Positions 1 through 9,428 of a stretch of DNA of 64,000 bases are shown here, piece after piece; position 1 is the stretch's first letter; each line of letters begins with the position of its first letter. The translations under genes were made by a program, and so were the position numbers. The notes beneath the pieces are model-generated. The model did no database searches and had not been told where the DNA came from. It was given only the letters and a program-made list of their open reading frames with translations. Origin of the DNA: an uncultured virus (IMG/VR IMGVR_UViG_3300027022_000002) (lineage: Duplodnaviria > Heunggongvirae > Uroviricota > Caudoviricetes); the IMG/VR virus record IMGVR_UViG_3300027022_000002; one strand, written 5' to 3'.

Positions 1-771
1 CCCCCGCCGGTACTGGTCGGAGCCCGCGTAGTCGTGGTTCCACTCGATCGGCTTGTTGCTGCCGCCGGCTGGGCCGGACAGCCGCAGCACCTGGCCGTTG
101 GAGCACCGGACCACGAAATCGGCTAGGTTAGTCGCCACGATCGTCTTGTCCAGGCCGGCGATTGCGTCGTCCACGGACGGGTCACCGAACCGCACCTCGA
201 ACCGGGTCTGGATAGCCCCGCTCGGGTCCGGGGTCTCCACCGACCAATGCTTGTGGTTGGACGCCCCGTCGTTGGCTTGCCAGTGCGCGCCGGTCCATAC
301 AACCGGCTTGAAGTTCCCGACGGGGTTAAGGCTTCCGTCGTAGCCCCCGTCGGGGAACCACCAGGCTTGCATCAGCTTGGCGTTGCCCCGCATCGCGTAC
401 ATGCGGATGATCTCGCCGAAGCTGCCATTGGACGCCCGCTGGTAGGAGTACAGGTTGATGCGGCCGGTGGAGTCGGTGCCGACCCCGTCGTCCTCGCCGC
501 CGGCGAACGACGACCGAACCGCGATGCCGGTGTTCGGCGCTGACCCCAAGCCGTACGGGATCGTCACATCTCCTTGGCCGACTTCGTCGACTGAGACTGG
601 GCCGGTGACGGTGCCGCCCGCCGCCGGGTACGCTGCCCCGGCGTCGGCGGCGGCCTCGTCTGCGACGGAGGCAGCCGCTTCGACGCCAGCCTCGAGATGG
701 TTGAGCCGTCCGGCGGACAGCGGGGTGTTGCCGCTAGCCCCGTCCACCCAGGTCTGCCTGACGTAGGCCAT
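1..771 (-). CDS. Virion fibre/appendage-like structural protein (partial, runs off left edge)
   Basis: Read manually: ATG at 771, MAYVRQTWVDGASGNTPLSAGRLNHLEAGV..., open to position 1. The N-terminal MAY..W.D....TPLSA..LN..E.G motif is typical of actinophage fibre/minor tail proteins. Confidence 0.6.
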   Translation of the reverse strand, partial: MAYVRQTWVDGASGNTPLSAGRLNHLEAGVEAAASVADEAAADAGAAYPAAGGTVTGPVSVDEVGQGDVTIPYGLGSAPNTGIAVRSSFAGGEDDGVGTDSTGRINLYSYQRASNGSFGEIIRMYAMRGNAKLMQAWWFPDGGYDGSLNPVGNFKPVVWTGAHWQANDGASNHKHWSVETPDPSGAIQTRFEVRFGDPSVDDAIAGLDKTIVATNLADFVVRCSNGQVLRLSGPAGGSNKPIEWNHDYAGSDQYRRG

Positions 772-773
772 GA

Positions 774-1427
774 TCACCCTCCAAGTGGGAACAGTCCGGC
801 GCTCGGCCACACCCCTGCCGGCGCGGGGTACGGGACGAAGCCCGGCGGATCTACGGGGAACAGCAGAGGGCCGGGGAACAGCCACAAGCTCGGAGCGCCG
901 TCGAACGGGCCTGCGACCGGGAACACTCCAGCCCCGGGGTACACGTCGACCGCCGGCCAGCCAACCCACCTTGCGGGAGTTGGGAACAGCAGCTGGCTGG
1001 GGAAGACACGCGAGCTGGGGTAGAGCGCGACGGGGGCCATCCAGCTGTGAGTGACGATCCTGCACCGCGCCCCGTACCGGCGGATCTCGCTGTCGTCGTC
1101 CCACGGCAGTCGAGACGGCGGGGCGCACAACGCGTCGTTGACTGACGTGCGCCCCGCGTCGAAGACAACTCCGCGCATCTCGGCGACTTGGTCGGCGGCT
1201 ACCTGTGCGAGCCGCTTCGCCGGTCCCCGGCCGACCGCGTAGGCGTTGATCTCGACGACGTGTTGCACCAGCCCGGGGGCGATCTCCCTGCCCTCGGGGA
1301 GTTCCTCCACGTGCAGGACCGGTACCGCGTTCGGCGGGCCATCAGTTTCGTTGAGCTCCGCGACGGTCAGCACCCCGGTGCGGCCAGTCAGCCAGGAAAC
1401 GAGGACCGCTTCGATATCGGCGGGCAC
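774..1427 (-). CDS. Tail terminator/tail-completion-like protein with C-terminal (Y/F)P repeat extension
   Basis: Lies downstream of the gp10-like gene. N-terminal ~130 aa (DIEAVLVSWL...P.RLPWDDDSEIRRYGA) fit actinophage tail terminators. Confidence 0.6.
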   Translation of the reverse strand: MPADIEAVLVSWLTGRTGVLTVAELNETDGPPNAVPVLHVEELPEGREIAPGLVQHVVEINAYAVGRGPAKRLAQVAADQVAEMRGVVFDAGRTSVNDALCAPPSRLPWDDDSEIRRYGARCRIVTHSWMAPVALYPSSRVFPSQLLFPTPARWVGWPAVDVYPGAGVFPVAGPFDGAPSLWLFPGPLLFPVDPPGFVPYPAPAGVWPSAGLFPLGG

Positions 1428-1439
1428 CGGGGGCTCCAG

Positions 1440-1661
1440 CTACGGCTTGGTCGGGGTCTTGGCGGCGGCCGGGGTCTTGGCGGCGGCCGGGGTCTTGGCT
1501 GGCGCGGGTGCCGGGTTGTCGACGTTGGCTGCGTCGGCAGTGGGTGCCGCGACGGCGCGTCCTTCGTGGATGAGGGTGCGTGCTAGGTCGTCGGGTACCT
1601 CTTCGGTTGCGCCGACCTTCGACAGGTCCTTGTTGTAGGACCAGGTGATCAACTGCCCCAT
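1440..1661 (-). CDS. Small virion-associated protein with PAAAKT repeats
   Basis: AAAGGA RBS upstream, co-oriented in the structural operon, tandem AKTPAA repeats. Confidence 0.6.
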   Translation of the reverse strand: MGQLITWSYNKDLSKVGATEEVPDDLARTLIHEGRAVAAPTADAANVDNPAPAPAKTPAAAKTPAAAKTPTKP

Positions 1662-1676
1662 TGCTGAGTTCCTTTC

Positions 1677-2000
1677 TTATCTACGGATAGCGTTCGTTGC
1701 CCGCGACAACACCCGTTGAGCTTTCATGTATCGGGTGCCGAACTCAAGGTAAGCGGCGTAGTGCGCGGTGTTATACACGCGAGCCCACGCCCGACCGTTT
1801 CGCACACCTGTCCGGTAGTGCCAGGAGCGTTTGTAGTGGCCAGGAGCAGGGAGCCGGTGAAGGTCAGTTTTTCGTACAGGTGAAATGCGAATCGCGCGGG
1901 ACTTCACTCGGCGGGCCCGTTTGCGCATTTCGTTGATCATTTTCGGAGACCGGAGCATCGCCTGAATCCCACCCGGGTACACCGTCGACCTTGTCGCCAA
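1677..2000 (-). CDS. HK97 gp10-like neck protein
   Basis: SPV....GHYKRSW...VYNTAHYAAYLEFGTRYMKAQRVL motif. Start uncertain (TTG 2000 or GTG 2015). Confidence 0.75.
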   Translation of the reverse strand: MATRSTVYPGGIQAMLRSPKMINEMRKRARRVKSRAIRISPVRKTDLHRLPAPGHYKRSWHYRTGVRNGRAWARVYNTAHYAAYLEFGTRYMKAQRVLSRATNAIRR

Positions 2001-2138
2001 GACCACCACCACCATTCAGGCAGGAATCTGCCTACGAGTCGGCATTCACGAGCCGCGATACCGCTGGTAGCGTTCCAACTCGGCCCCACCGCTCGCCCGT
2101 ACCTCGTCCGGTCCAGGCGGCGGTACCTCAATGGGGCT

Positions 2139-2197
2139 GCCGAATGGGCCGCACGACCAAACTCTTCGCGGGGCAAGGTCACACCGGCCCATTCGGC
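2139..2197. other. Intergenic stem-loop
   Basis: GCCGAATGGGCCG (2139-2151) pairs with CGGCCCATTCGGC (2185-2197), with inner GACC/GGTC pairing. Confidence 0.6.
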
Positions 2198-2863
2198 CTA
2201 TCCGGCCGCGCCCACGACCCGCCGGATCGACACCCGCAACCCGACCGCCTCGCCCGTGGTGTCGTCGTCGACCCGCTCAGGCTCGCCGTCCACCCCGTAC
2301 GTGCGACCGCGCACCACCAGCCGGTCCCGCGACGACACCCGCTCGCCGCCGGGCATCAGCACCGTCCCAGTGACCGTCACCCGAGACCCGTCACCGGAGT
2401 CCTCCGACGACGACAGCTCGACCCGGCAACCCGCCACCGACCGCGCCGACCACGCGTGCACTGTCTGGTTGTACTCGTCTCGCTCTGCGGTCGGCACCCG
2501 ACGCCGCACCGTCACCGATTCACCGCCGGCCGGCGACACCGCCCCCGATGTGCCATCCCACACGATCTCCAGATGCTCCGGCACCGGCAGAGACCCCGCC
2601 GTCTTGCGGGCCACTCCCGCCGCGTAGCCCTGCCGGCCGTCAGGCAGGTCAACCTTCGACCAGGTGCGGATCGTGCCCGCCCACTCGATCGGCGCGAAGA
2701 TCCGCGCAGTCTCCCGCACCTGCAGCCGGTCCCGGCCGACCCGCTGAGACAGCCCCTCGTCGACCAGACACCGCACCGTCACCGGTCCGGCCCACACGCC
2801 CCACGACACGAACGGCCGCACCACCACCTGGTGCTGCAGCAGCATCCGGGGAAACCCGCTCAC
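2198..2863 (-). CDS. Head-closure/head-tail adaptor protein (apparently two tandem domains)
   Basis: Follows the head-tail connector with a GTGA overlap. Motifs VTVRR...RDEYNQ and SRDRLVVRGRTYGVDGEP. Confidence 0.65.
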   Translation of the reverse strand: MSGFPRMLLQHQVVVRPFVSWGVWAGPVTVRCLVDEGLSQRVGRDRLQVRETARIFAPIEWAGTIRTWSKVDLPDGRQGYAAGVARKTAGSLPVPEHLEIVWDGTSGAVSPAGGESVTVRRRVPTAERDEYNQTVHAWSARSVAGCRVELSSSEDSGDGSRVTVTGTVLMPGGERVSSRDRLVVRGRTYGVDGEPERVDDDTTGEAVGLRVSIRRVVGAAG

Positions 2864-3531
2864 CACTGCCCCGGAGGATGCCCGAGAAGCCCACGCGCGG
2901 CGAGGATGGTCAGCACCTCGCTGCCGTAGGTTTCCTCCTGCGACGGTGGACGGCCGGCGTTCGCCCGCGTGACGGAGATCGACCCCGCCGACACCGACGT
3001 CCACAGGCGGCCCGCCCCGGTGCCGTCGTCACCGGTCTCACCCCACCAGCGCACCAACGCGCAGGTGGCGTCCCGCAGCGCCACCTGATGGTCCGGCTCG
3101 GTCGGCTCCCCGTCGTCGTCGACCGGATACCAGGCACACCGCAGCAGTTCGTCGATCTTCATCGTGGCCCGCTCCAGCCGGCCGCGCGCGTCGACGGGCA
3201 ACGGATCCACCCAGCGGGCCAGGTCGCCGGTCGTGGCGTACGACCGGCCCGGCGCGGGCAGTAGCGAGGCGGACACCAGCACGGTGACGTGCCACTGACC
3301 GGCCCCGGTGCCGGTCACGGTCCACACCAGCTGCCGCACCCCCGGCGTCGACCACGCGGGCACCGACGGGGTCCACGTCGACCGGTCATCGCCCTGGGCG
3401 ACGGTCGCGGACTGCGAGTCGCCGGTGTCCGTGTCGACGACGGTCAACGTCGCGTCGGTGTCGCCGCCCCACACGTCGAGAACCAGCGGCGTGGTGTAGG
3501 CCGCGCCGACCCGGGATATGACAGTGGCCAC
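2860..3531 (-). CDS. Head-tail connector protein with N-terminal beta-rich (Ig-like?) extension
   Basis: C-terminal YATTGDL...LERATMKIDELL...ALRDATCA...SVSAGSIS...A.EVL..L..RGLL matches actinophage head-tail connectors. Confidence 0.7.
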   Translation of the reverse strand: MATVISRVGAAYTTPLVLDVWGGDTDATLTVVDTDTGDSQSATVAQGDDRSTWTPSVPAWSTPGVRQLVWTVTGTGAGQWHVTVLVSASLLPAPGRSYATTGDLARWVDPLPVDARGRLERATMKIDELLRCAWYPVDDDGEPTEPDHQVALRDATCALVRWWGETGDDGTGAGRLWTSVSAGSISVTRANAGRPPSQEETYGSEVLTILAARGLLGHPPGQW

Positions 3532-3541
3532 CGCGACCCCC

Positions 3542-5074
3542 CTACGCTTCGGCCTGCAGCACCATGATCGGCGCAGAGTTGTTGTACGAGTCGTAGACGT
3601 AGTCGGTGGGCAGGGCCCCACCCGCCGAGCCCCGCACGTAGCAGGCGGCGGCGGTCTCGGCTAACGCCTCGGTCGCGCCGTCGATCTCCACGCCGAACGC
3701 CTCCCGGCCGGTGATGACCGCCGACCCGCCGCCTTGGTGGGTGAGCGTCCACCACAGCTTCCCGCCAGCGGGCATCGTTACGTCGATGACCGCGGTCTTG
3801 AGGCCGGTGGTGGTGACGTCCAGCAGCCCGGTGCCGTAGTCGGCGATCAGGGTTCCGGGTTCGCCACTGACGTCCTGCCGGAGCCCGAGCCGCACCGAGG
3901 TGCCCGCGGTGAGGACGTTGATGCCGATGGAGACGAGCCGGGTGCCGGCGGGCGCGTAGAACGGCACGGCGCGTTCCTGATTGTTGGGCAAGAAGCAGTT
4001 GGTGGCCCCGGATCCGTGGGTCATGCGCCAGTAGCCGGCCCGCATCGGTCGTATCGGCAGCTCACCTTCCGGGCCTTGCGGACCGGTCGGCCCTTCCGGG
4101 CCTTGCGGGCCGGTCGGTCCTTCCGGTCCTTCCGGGCCCTGGATGCCTTGCAGCCCCTGATCACCCTGCGGACCGGTCGGCCCTTCCGGGCCTTGCGGAC
4201 CGGTCGGCCCTTCCGGGCCTTGCGGACCGGTCGGCCCTTCCGGGCCTTGGATGCCCTGAATGCCTTGCTCGCCCTGCGGGCCGGGATCACCTTGCGGACC
4301 GGTCGGTCCTTCCGGTCCTTCCGGGCCCTGGATGCCTTGCAGCCCCTGATCACCCTGCGGACCGGTCGGCCCTTCCGGGCCTTGCGGGCCGGTCGGTCCT
4401 TCCGGTCCTTCCGGGCCCTGGATGCCTTGCAGCCCCTGATCACCCTGCGGACCGGTCGGCCCTTCCGGGCCTTGCGGGCCGGTCGGTCCTTCCGGGCCTT
4501 GCGGACCGGTCGGCCCTTCCGGGCCTTGCGGACCGGTCGGCCCTTCCGGGCCTTGCGGACCGGTCGGCCCTTCCGGGCCTTGGATGCCCTGAATGCCCTG
4601 CGGACCTTCCGGTCCGGTCAGCCCTTGCTCGCCTTGCGGGCCCGGGTCACCCTGCGGGCCCTGGACGCCCTGTTCGCCTTGCGGACCCTGCGGACCCTGC
4701 GGCCCCGGCGGGCCGGTGATCACCTGCACCGGTGTTTCGATGTCCGCCGCCAGCAGATCCACCAACTCGTACTCGGACAGCGCGTCGGGTACGACGATCG
4801 TGTGCCGGTACGGTCCATGTGTCCACCCGCCGTCGGCCGGCGATTCCAGCACCTCGTAGTAGGTGTTCTCCGGCACGATGTCCACGTTCGGGATCAGCGC
4901 CGTCTGCCAGTCCCCGGACGCGTCCGCCCGGATCTCGCGGAACCCGATCACCGTCGCGTCGTCGATGTAGCCGGCGGTGGCGACGTCGACCCCGGCGACC
5001 AGCCGGATCTGCACCCGCGCGCCCGGCACCGGCCTGCCGGCCGGGTCCACCACCGTGTTACGAACGACCGGCAC
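3542..5074 (-). CDS. Collagen-like (Gly-X-Y) fibre protein
   Basis: About 70 consecutive [12 protein letters not shown] triplets between globular N- and C-terminal domains. Confidence 0.85.
   Translation of the reverse strand: MPVVRNTVVDPAGRPVPGARVQIRLVAGVDVATAGYIDDATVIGFREIRADASGDWQTALIPNVDIVPENTYYEVLESPADGGWTHGPYRHTIVVPDALSEYELVDLLAADIETPVQVITGPPGPQGPQGPQGEQGVQGPQGDPGPQGEQGLTGPEGPQGIQGIQGPEGPTGPQGPEGPTGPQGPEGPTGPQGPEGPTGPQGPEGPTGPQGDQGLQGIQGPEGPEGPTGPQGPEGPTGPQGDQGLQGIQGPEGPEGPTGPQGDPGPQGEQGIQGIQGPEGPTGPQGPEGPTGPQGPEGPTGPQGDQGLQGIQGPEGPEGPTGPQGPEGPTGPQGPEGELPIRPMRAGYWRMTHGSGATNCFLPNNQERAVPFYAPAGTRLVSIGINVLTAGTSVRLGLRQDVSGEPGTLIADYGTGLLDVTTTGLKTAVIDVTMPAGGKLWWTLTHQGGGSAVITGREAFGVEIDGATEALAETAAACYVRGSAGGALPTDYVYDSYNNSAPIMVLQAEA
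4065..4715. repeat. Coding tandem repeats (27-bp and longer units) encoding the collagen helix
   Basis: Repeated ggaccggtcggcccttccgggccttgc units and larger duplicated blocks. Confidence 0.9.
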
Positions 5075-5101
5075 CGTTCACCCCCTCACCACCGGGTGGA
5101 A

Positions 5102-5144
5102 GGCGGGCCGGCGTTCTCTCACCCCGGGAGAGCACCGGCCCGCC
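5102..5144 (-). terminator. Putative terminator hairpin after the capsid genes
   Basis: GGCGGGCCGG...CCGGCCCGCC inverted repeat just downstream of the 5150-5656 stop. Confidence 0.5.
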
Positions 5145-5149
5145 GTCTG

Positions 5150-5656
5150 TCACGACGTCTCGGCGACGCCGTACTTCTGTTGCAGCTCCGCCACGGTCAG
5201 CTGCCCCAACTCGTCGTCGGTGTGCCAGCGGTCGCCGTCGCGGTTGGCTTCGACGGCCTTAGCGAACGCCACCCACACCGCCTTCGGGGCGTTCTTCCCG
5301 GGCGGTTCGATCACCGGCCCGTCGCCGTCGTCGTCGTCGTTCCCCTTGGCGGCGCTCTGCCGGTCCGATTCGACGTCGGCGGTCTCGCCGGTGCGTGACG
5401 GGTCACGCAGCAGCCCGGCCTGCGCCAGCGCCGAGTCCCGCACCGCCTTCGCGCGGTGCTCCTCGCGGGTCAGCGGCGACCTCACCTGCGGCCGGGACAT
5501 GACCCCGGTCGCGTTGATCGGCGGCGGCGCTTGCACGTCGACCCCGGACGGAGCCCCGGTCAGGAACCAGTTCGGTCGGGCTTCGAGGTCCGGCCGCCGT
5601 ACGGGTGTGGTGAACGGCCGCGTCGGGTTGTTGATGTTGATGTAGGTGTAGGACAC
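5150..5656 (-). CDS. Hypothetical head-region protein
   Basis: GTG at 5656 after AAGGAG. The C-terminal PPGKNAPKAVWVAFA...LTVAELQQKYG small helical motif is common next to capsid genes. Confidence 0.6.
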   Translation of the reverse strand: MSYTYININNPTRPFTTPVRRPDLEARPNWFLTGAPSGVDVQAPPPINATGVMSRPQVRSPLTREEHRAKAVRDSALAQAGLLRDPSRTGETADVESDRQSAAKGNDDDDGDGPVIEPPGKNAPKAVWVAFAKAVEANRDGDRWHTDDELGQLTVAELQQKYGVAETS

Positions 5657-5667
5657 GGGTCGGCTCC

Positions 5668-6012
5668 TTACCGCACGTCGGCGTCGATCACCAGATCGAC
5701 CTGAATCGTCAGTGAGGTCGGAGACCCGGCCGCCGACACGATCTCGCCGTACAGGGTGTCTCCTGCCGCCATCCGGACCTGGTCCTCGTCGAGAACCCCC
5801 GCCATCCAGTCGGCGCCGGTCAGCGACAGGTCCGGAGACAGAACGTCGTCCGCCCCCACCTTGGCGTTGACGACCGCCCCCGACCCGCCGGTGCGGATCG
5901 CCCGCACCGCGAGGATCTTGCACGCGTACGGGGCCCGCCACATGATGTGCGACGACGTCGCCGGGGACGCGACGGTCACCTGCTTGGAGAAGTACCGGTG
6001 CTTGTTCAACAT
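5668..6012 (-). CDS. Putative capsid decoration protein
   Basis: 114-aa beta-rich ORF immediately after the major capsid gene, AAGGAG RBS. Confidence 0.55.
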   Translation of the reverse strand: MLNKHRYFSKQVTVASPATSSHIMWRAPYACKILAVRAIRTGGSGAVVNAKVGADDVLSPDLSLTGADWMAGVLDEDQVRMAAGDTLYGEIVSAAGSPTSLTIQVDLVIDADVR

Positions 6013-6023
6013 GGCTGCTCTCC

Positions 6024-6935
6024 TTACGGGACCAGGTCGCCGTGGATCAGCACGGCCCGGTCAGCGTCGATCGTCTTGGTGCCGTACAGGGTGTCGATCG
6101 ACAGGACGTCAGACTTCTGGTCCATGTCGTAGTCGATGACGACGCGCAGCGCGAAGCCCCGGTAGGACTGGATCGCGGCCTGCGTCGCACCCCGGGGCAG
6201 GTCCAGCGTGCGGGACACCAGCGTGAACGCGGTCCGGTGGAAGCCCAGCCCGACCTCCGTGGACGGGTTGCCCGTCGTCGCAGCCGGCTTCTTGATCGAG
6301 TTCGTGCGGTAGGCGTCGAACCCGAACAGCCGGTTACCGAGGGACGCCTCCCGCAGGCCGGTCGTGTCGCCCCGGGCGTCGGCCCGGTTCAGCAGGTCGT
6401 CCTTGAGCCATTCCGCGCCGGTACGCGGGCCGACGACGAGCCGCCGCTGCGACATCGGTACCGCCGCCTCGGTCAGCGTCGCGTCCGCGTCGATGGCGAC
6501 ACGCGGGTCGGACCACGTCTCCGACCCGGAGGCGGTGGTGCCGATGACCGCGGTGACGTCGTCGCGCAGCAACAGCAGATCCCGTTCGATCTTCTGCGCG
6601 ATGGCTTCCATCGCCGGGTTGAGCACCGTCTCGTTGAACGTGGACAGCTCCAACGTCAGCTGCTCGGTGGTGATGGCCACCGAAACGTCGGCGAAGTGGT
6701 TGAGCACCACCGGGAACTTTGTCTCGGTGATGTCCTGCACGAGGATGCCGTCCTGGCGGTTGTACTCGTGCGCCTCGAAGATCGGTGGCCGCTTCACCAT
6801 GACGGTGTCGCCTTGCTTGCCGGAGAAGTCCGGGTCGTAGTCCCGGTGCACCAGCTGCGCCATGATCGTCTGGTCGTACAGGTTGGCCAGAGCCTGCCGT
6901 GCGATGGTCTCTGGCGTGATGAACGTGTTCGGCAT
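6024..6935 (-). CDS. Major capsid protein (P22 coat-like)
   Basis: MPNTFITPETIARQAL...VHRDY...GDTV...PAMEAIAQKIE...SIDTLYG; directly follows the scaffold gene. Confidence 0.85.
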   Translation of the reverse strand: MPNTFITPETIARQALANLYDQTIMAQLVHRDYDPDFSGKQGDTVMVKRPPIFEAHEYNRQDGILVQDITETKFPVVLNHFADVSVAITTEQLTLELSTFNETVLNPAMEAIAQKIERDLLLLRDDVTAVIGTTASGSETWSDPRVAIDADATLTEAAVPMSQRRLVVGPRTGAEWLKDDLLNRADARGDTTGLREASLGNRLFGFDAYRTNSIKKPAATTGNPSTEVGLGFHRTAFTLVSRTLDLPRGATQAAIQSYRGFALRVVIDYDMDQKSDVLSIDTLYGTKTIDADRAVLIHGDLVP

Positions 6936-6953
6936 AGGGTCTCTCCCGGCCTG

Positions 6954-7898
6954 TTAGGACGCCAACCACTCGCGCCGCTTTTTCAGCAGCTCGTCGACGT
7001 CCATCTCGTTGACGTTGCGCTCGCCAGCAGGCCCGCCGCTGAACTCGCCTCCTGATGGGGCTTGCTGCGCGGCCCGCGCGGCAGCCAGCCGGAATTTGGC
7101 GGGGTTGGACTCCACCGCCGTCTTGATCAGTTCGGACAGTTGTCCGGGGAACTCTTCGGCGTCCGGGTCCAGCCCGGTGATCCGGCCGAAGAAGTCCCGC
7201 GAGTCGAGTAACTCGCGGGTGTCGGCGTCGTGAGCGGAGCCCGTCCGCCATGCCGCCAGTTCGACCCTCGCCGCCCGCAGCTTCGACGCCAGGTCTTCAC
7301 CGTTGCGGGTCAGGTCGGCGATCTGCGCCGTCATCTGCTCCGGCGTCAGCGGCTTCTCCTCGTCCTCGGCCAGTCCGAGGACCTTCGCGAAGCCGTCGAG
7401 GAACCCGGCCAGCCGTTCGTTGATTTCTTTCGCTTCGGTGGCCGCGGTCTTGGCTTTGATCCGGTGGTCGCCGGCTTCCTTGGCGAGGTCTTTGATGCGT
7501 TTCTGCGCCCATGGGGGGAGGTCTTCGACGCGTTCCGCCGTACCGCCGGTTTCCCCGCTGGCCGGCGGGTCGTCCCCGCCGCCGCCCGACCCCGCTGGCG
7601 GTGCCGGCGGTGCCGGCGATGGCTGCGGGGTCGGCGCAGGCGGTGCCGGCGGGACGGGAGGCGGCGGCGTCGGGGGAACACCCCCGCCGCCTTCACTGCC
7701 AGCTGACGGTGCACCACCGTCCCCGCCGCCCGACCCGCCATCGCCGCCACCAGCCGCGCCACCACTGCCTTCGCCGCTGCCACCCGCGACGAGCCGGATC
7801 GGCCGACCTCGCCGGTCCCAGCCGATGATGTTGCCGCCCCGCTGGTGGACGGTGCCGGTCGGTGAGATCACCACGCCCGGTGGTGTCTGCCTCGTCAT
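6954..7898 (-). CDS. Capsid scaffolding protein
   Basis: Gly/Pro-rich N-terminus, LPPWAQKRIKDLAKEA.DHR coiled coil, LLDSRDF motif, upstream of the capsid gene. Confidence 0.75.
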   Translation of the reverse strand: MTRQTPPGVVISPTGTVHQRGGNIIGWDRRGRPIRLVAGGSGEGSGGAAGGGDGGSGGGDGGAPSAGSEGGGGVPPTPPPPVPPAPPAPTPQPSPAPPAPPAGSGGGGDDPPASGETGGTAERVEDLPPWAQKRIKDLAKEAGDHRIKAKTAATEAKEINERLAGFLDGFAKVLGLAEDEEKPLTPEQMTAQIADLTRNGEDLASKLRAARVELAAWRTGSAHDADTRELLDSRDFFGRITGLDPDAEEFPGQLSELIKTAVESNPAKFRLAAARAAQQAPSGGEFSGGPAGERNVNEMDVDELLKKRREWLAS

Positions 7899-7925
7899 GC
7901 GCTTCGCCCTCCCGGGGCACACAGA

Positions 7926-7953
7926 AGACCCAGACGGTGCGCCGTCTGGGTCT
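7926..7953. promoter_or_regulatory. Hairpin in the scaffold-gene leader
   Basis: AGACCCAGACGG-TGCG-CCGTCTGGGTCT, a perfect 12-bp stem. Confidence 0.55.
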
Positions 7954-7975
7954 GCGATCAAATGAACTGGCGGGG

Positions 7976-9133
7976 TTACACCCCGACCGGGTCGTCCCGC
8001 CGCGCCGGACCCGCTTCCCAGCCCGCGCCCGGCGACTCCCGATGCCGCAGCCGGTCAAGCCCCGCCCCGGCCAGGTGCCGTTCCATCTCGGCGTCCCACG
8101 CCGCCACCCGGGCCGCCGCGTCCCGTGCGGCCTCCCTGGTCAACGCGCCCGCTTCCCGGGCACGCCACCGCCGCAGGTGCCGCTCGATCTCCCGCTGACG
8201 CTGCCGGGCCTCCCAGCCCGCCGGGTCGGGAATCCCCGCCCGGAGCCGGGTCACCCCCGGCACGAACGGCCACAGGTCGTGCCTGCACTGCGGATGGTGC
8301 AGCCCGGCGGCTCGGGCCTGCTCCAACGTCGCCTTGACCCGCACCGGCACCAGCCGGCCCGGCGCGCGAGGCGACGACACCTCCACATCGACCGCCTGAC
8401 CCCACAACGCCAGCACGCGATGCTCAAACGGCCGGCACAGGGGGCACTCGCCGGGCCGGTCCGTCACCCACACGAACCGGTTCCCGGCCAGCACGCACCG
8501 GTCGACGACCGCCTGAGCGACCGCCCGGGTCACCGCCGTACGAACCGCCATCTCCACCCAGGTGTGCAGCCGCCACCGCCGCCCAGCCCGATCCGTCAGC
8601 CCGGTCACACCCTGGTCGACCAGTGCCTGCCACGCAGACTGCGCCGCGTACCGCAGCGGCATCCCCGCCGCGAGGTGCCGGGCCACCGCCCCGGCGACCG
8701 CCCGCCGGTACACGTCCTCCGCGCGGGGCAGGATCGCGGCCTGAACGGGCCGCAACTCGCCGACCAGCGCGTCCGCGACGACCCTGACCGCCGCGCCGTG
8801 CCGGGCGTCCGGGGCACGCGACGGCATCCCCGCGTCGCGCAGCGCCACCACCGCCTGGTCGTCGCCGTTACGCCACGCCACCGCGACCGCGTGCCGGGCC
8901 GCCGCGTCACCATCGGTCGCGAGCTGACGCACCAGCGCCGACGTGTCCCTCCGCAGCCGCGACACCTCACCCAGCCGGCCACGCGCCCACGCCTGCGGAT
9001 CCCGGTCGCCACCAGACAGCCCACGAGCCAGCCGGCGGCCGATCAGCCTGACCAGGCTGATCTCAGCTTCGGCGTACAGCCACGCGGCAGCGGAGGGGAG
9101 ATCCTCCACCGACCGCGCGGTGGGTGCGGTCAC
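7976..9133 (-). CDS. Phage minor capsid protein (minor capsid protein 2-like)
   Basis: DRAGRRW...EMAVRT, ECPLCRPFE, AGLHHPQCRH and RQREIERHLRRW motifs. Confidence 0.85.
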   Translation of the reverse strand: MTAPTARSVEDLPSAAAWLYAEAEISLVRLIGRRLARGLSGGDRDPQAWARGRLGEVSRLRRDTSALVRQLATDGDAAARHAVAVAWRNGDDQAVVALRDAGMPSRAPDARHGAAVRVVADALVGELRPVQAAILPRAEDVYRRAVAGAVARHLAAGMPLRYAAQSAWQALVDQGVTGLTDRAGRRWRLHTWVEMAVRTAVTRAVAQAVVDRCVLAGNRFVWVTDRPGECPLCRPFEHRVLALWGQAVDVEVSSPRAPGRLVPVRVKATLEQARAAGLHHPQCRHDLWPFVPGVTRLRAGIPDPAGWEARQRQREIERHLRRWRAREAGALTREAARDAAARVAAWDAEMERHLAGAGLDRLRHRESPGAGWEAGPARRDDPVGV

Positions 9134-9426
9134 AGCGGAAGAGTGAGCGCTACCCAGGCGTTGCGGTACTGCTCGCCAGGCATCGGCAGTTCGGCGACCT
9201 GCGCGCCGGTCGGCTTGACCACCCACTGGTTGTGCCGCACCTGCACATTCGCGCCCAGCTGCGGATGCCAGAAGATGGCCAGCTCCCCGGGATACATGTC
9301 GTTGCCGGCCGACCAGCCCGCCCAGGTCGCGAAGTCGCGGTAGTCCTGCATGGTTTCGCCGGTCCACTGCCGGGCCTCGCCGGTCGGCAGCTTCGCCACA
9401 ACCCGCACGGGATCACTCAACGCCAT
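9130..9426 (-). CDS. Hypothetical protein
   Basis: MALSDPVRVV..., translationally coupled to both neighbours. Confidence 0.55.
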   Translation of the reverse strand: MALSDPVRVVAKLPTGEARQWTGETMQDYRDFATWAGWSAGNDMYPGELAIFWHPQLGANVQVRHNQWVVKPTGAQVAELPMPGEQYRNAWVALTLPL

Positions 9427-9428
9427 GA

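Noticed and set aside
4065..4715. Tandem repeats as a CRISPR or DGR signal
   Set aside because: They are in-frame Gly-X-Y coding repeats, and no reverse transcriptase is present in the window.
3734..5398. Long plus-strand ORFs opposite structural genes (also 6042-7055, 11565-13232, 15135-17045, 42412-44880)
   Set aside because: Antisense shadow ORFs typical of high-GC DNA; the opposite strand has clear phage homologies.
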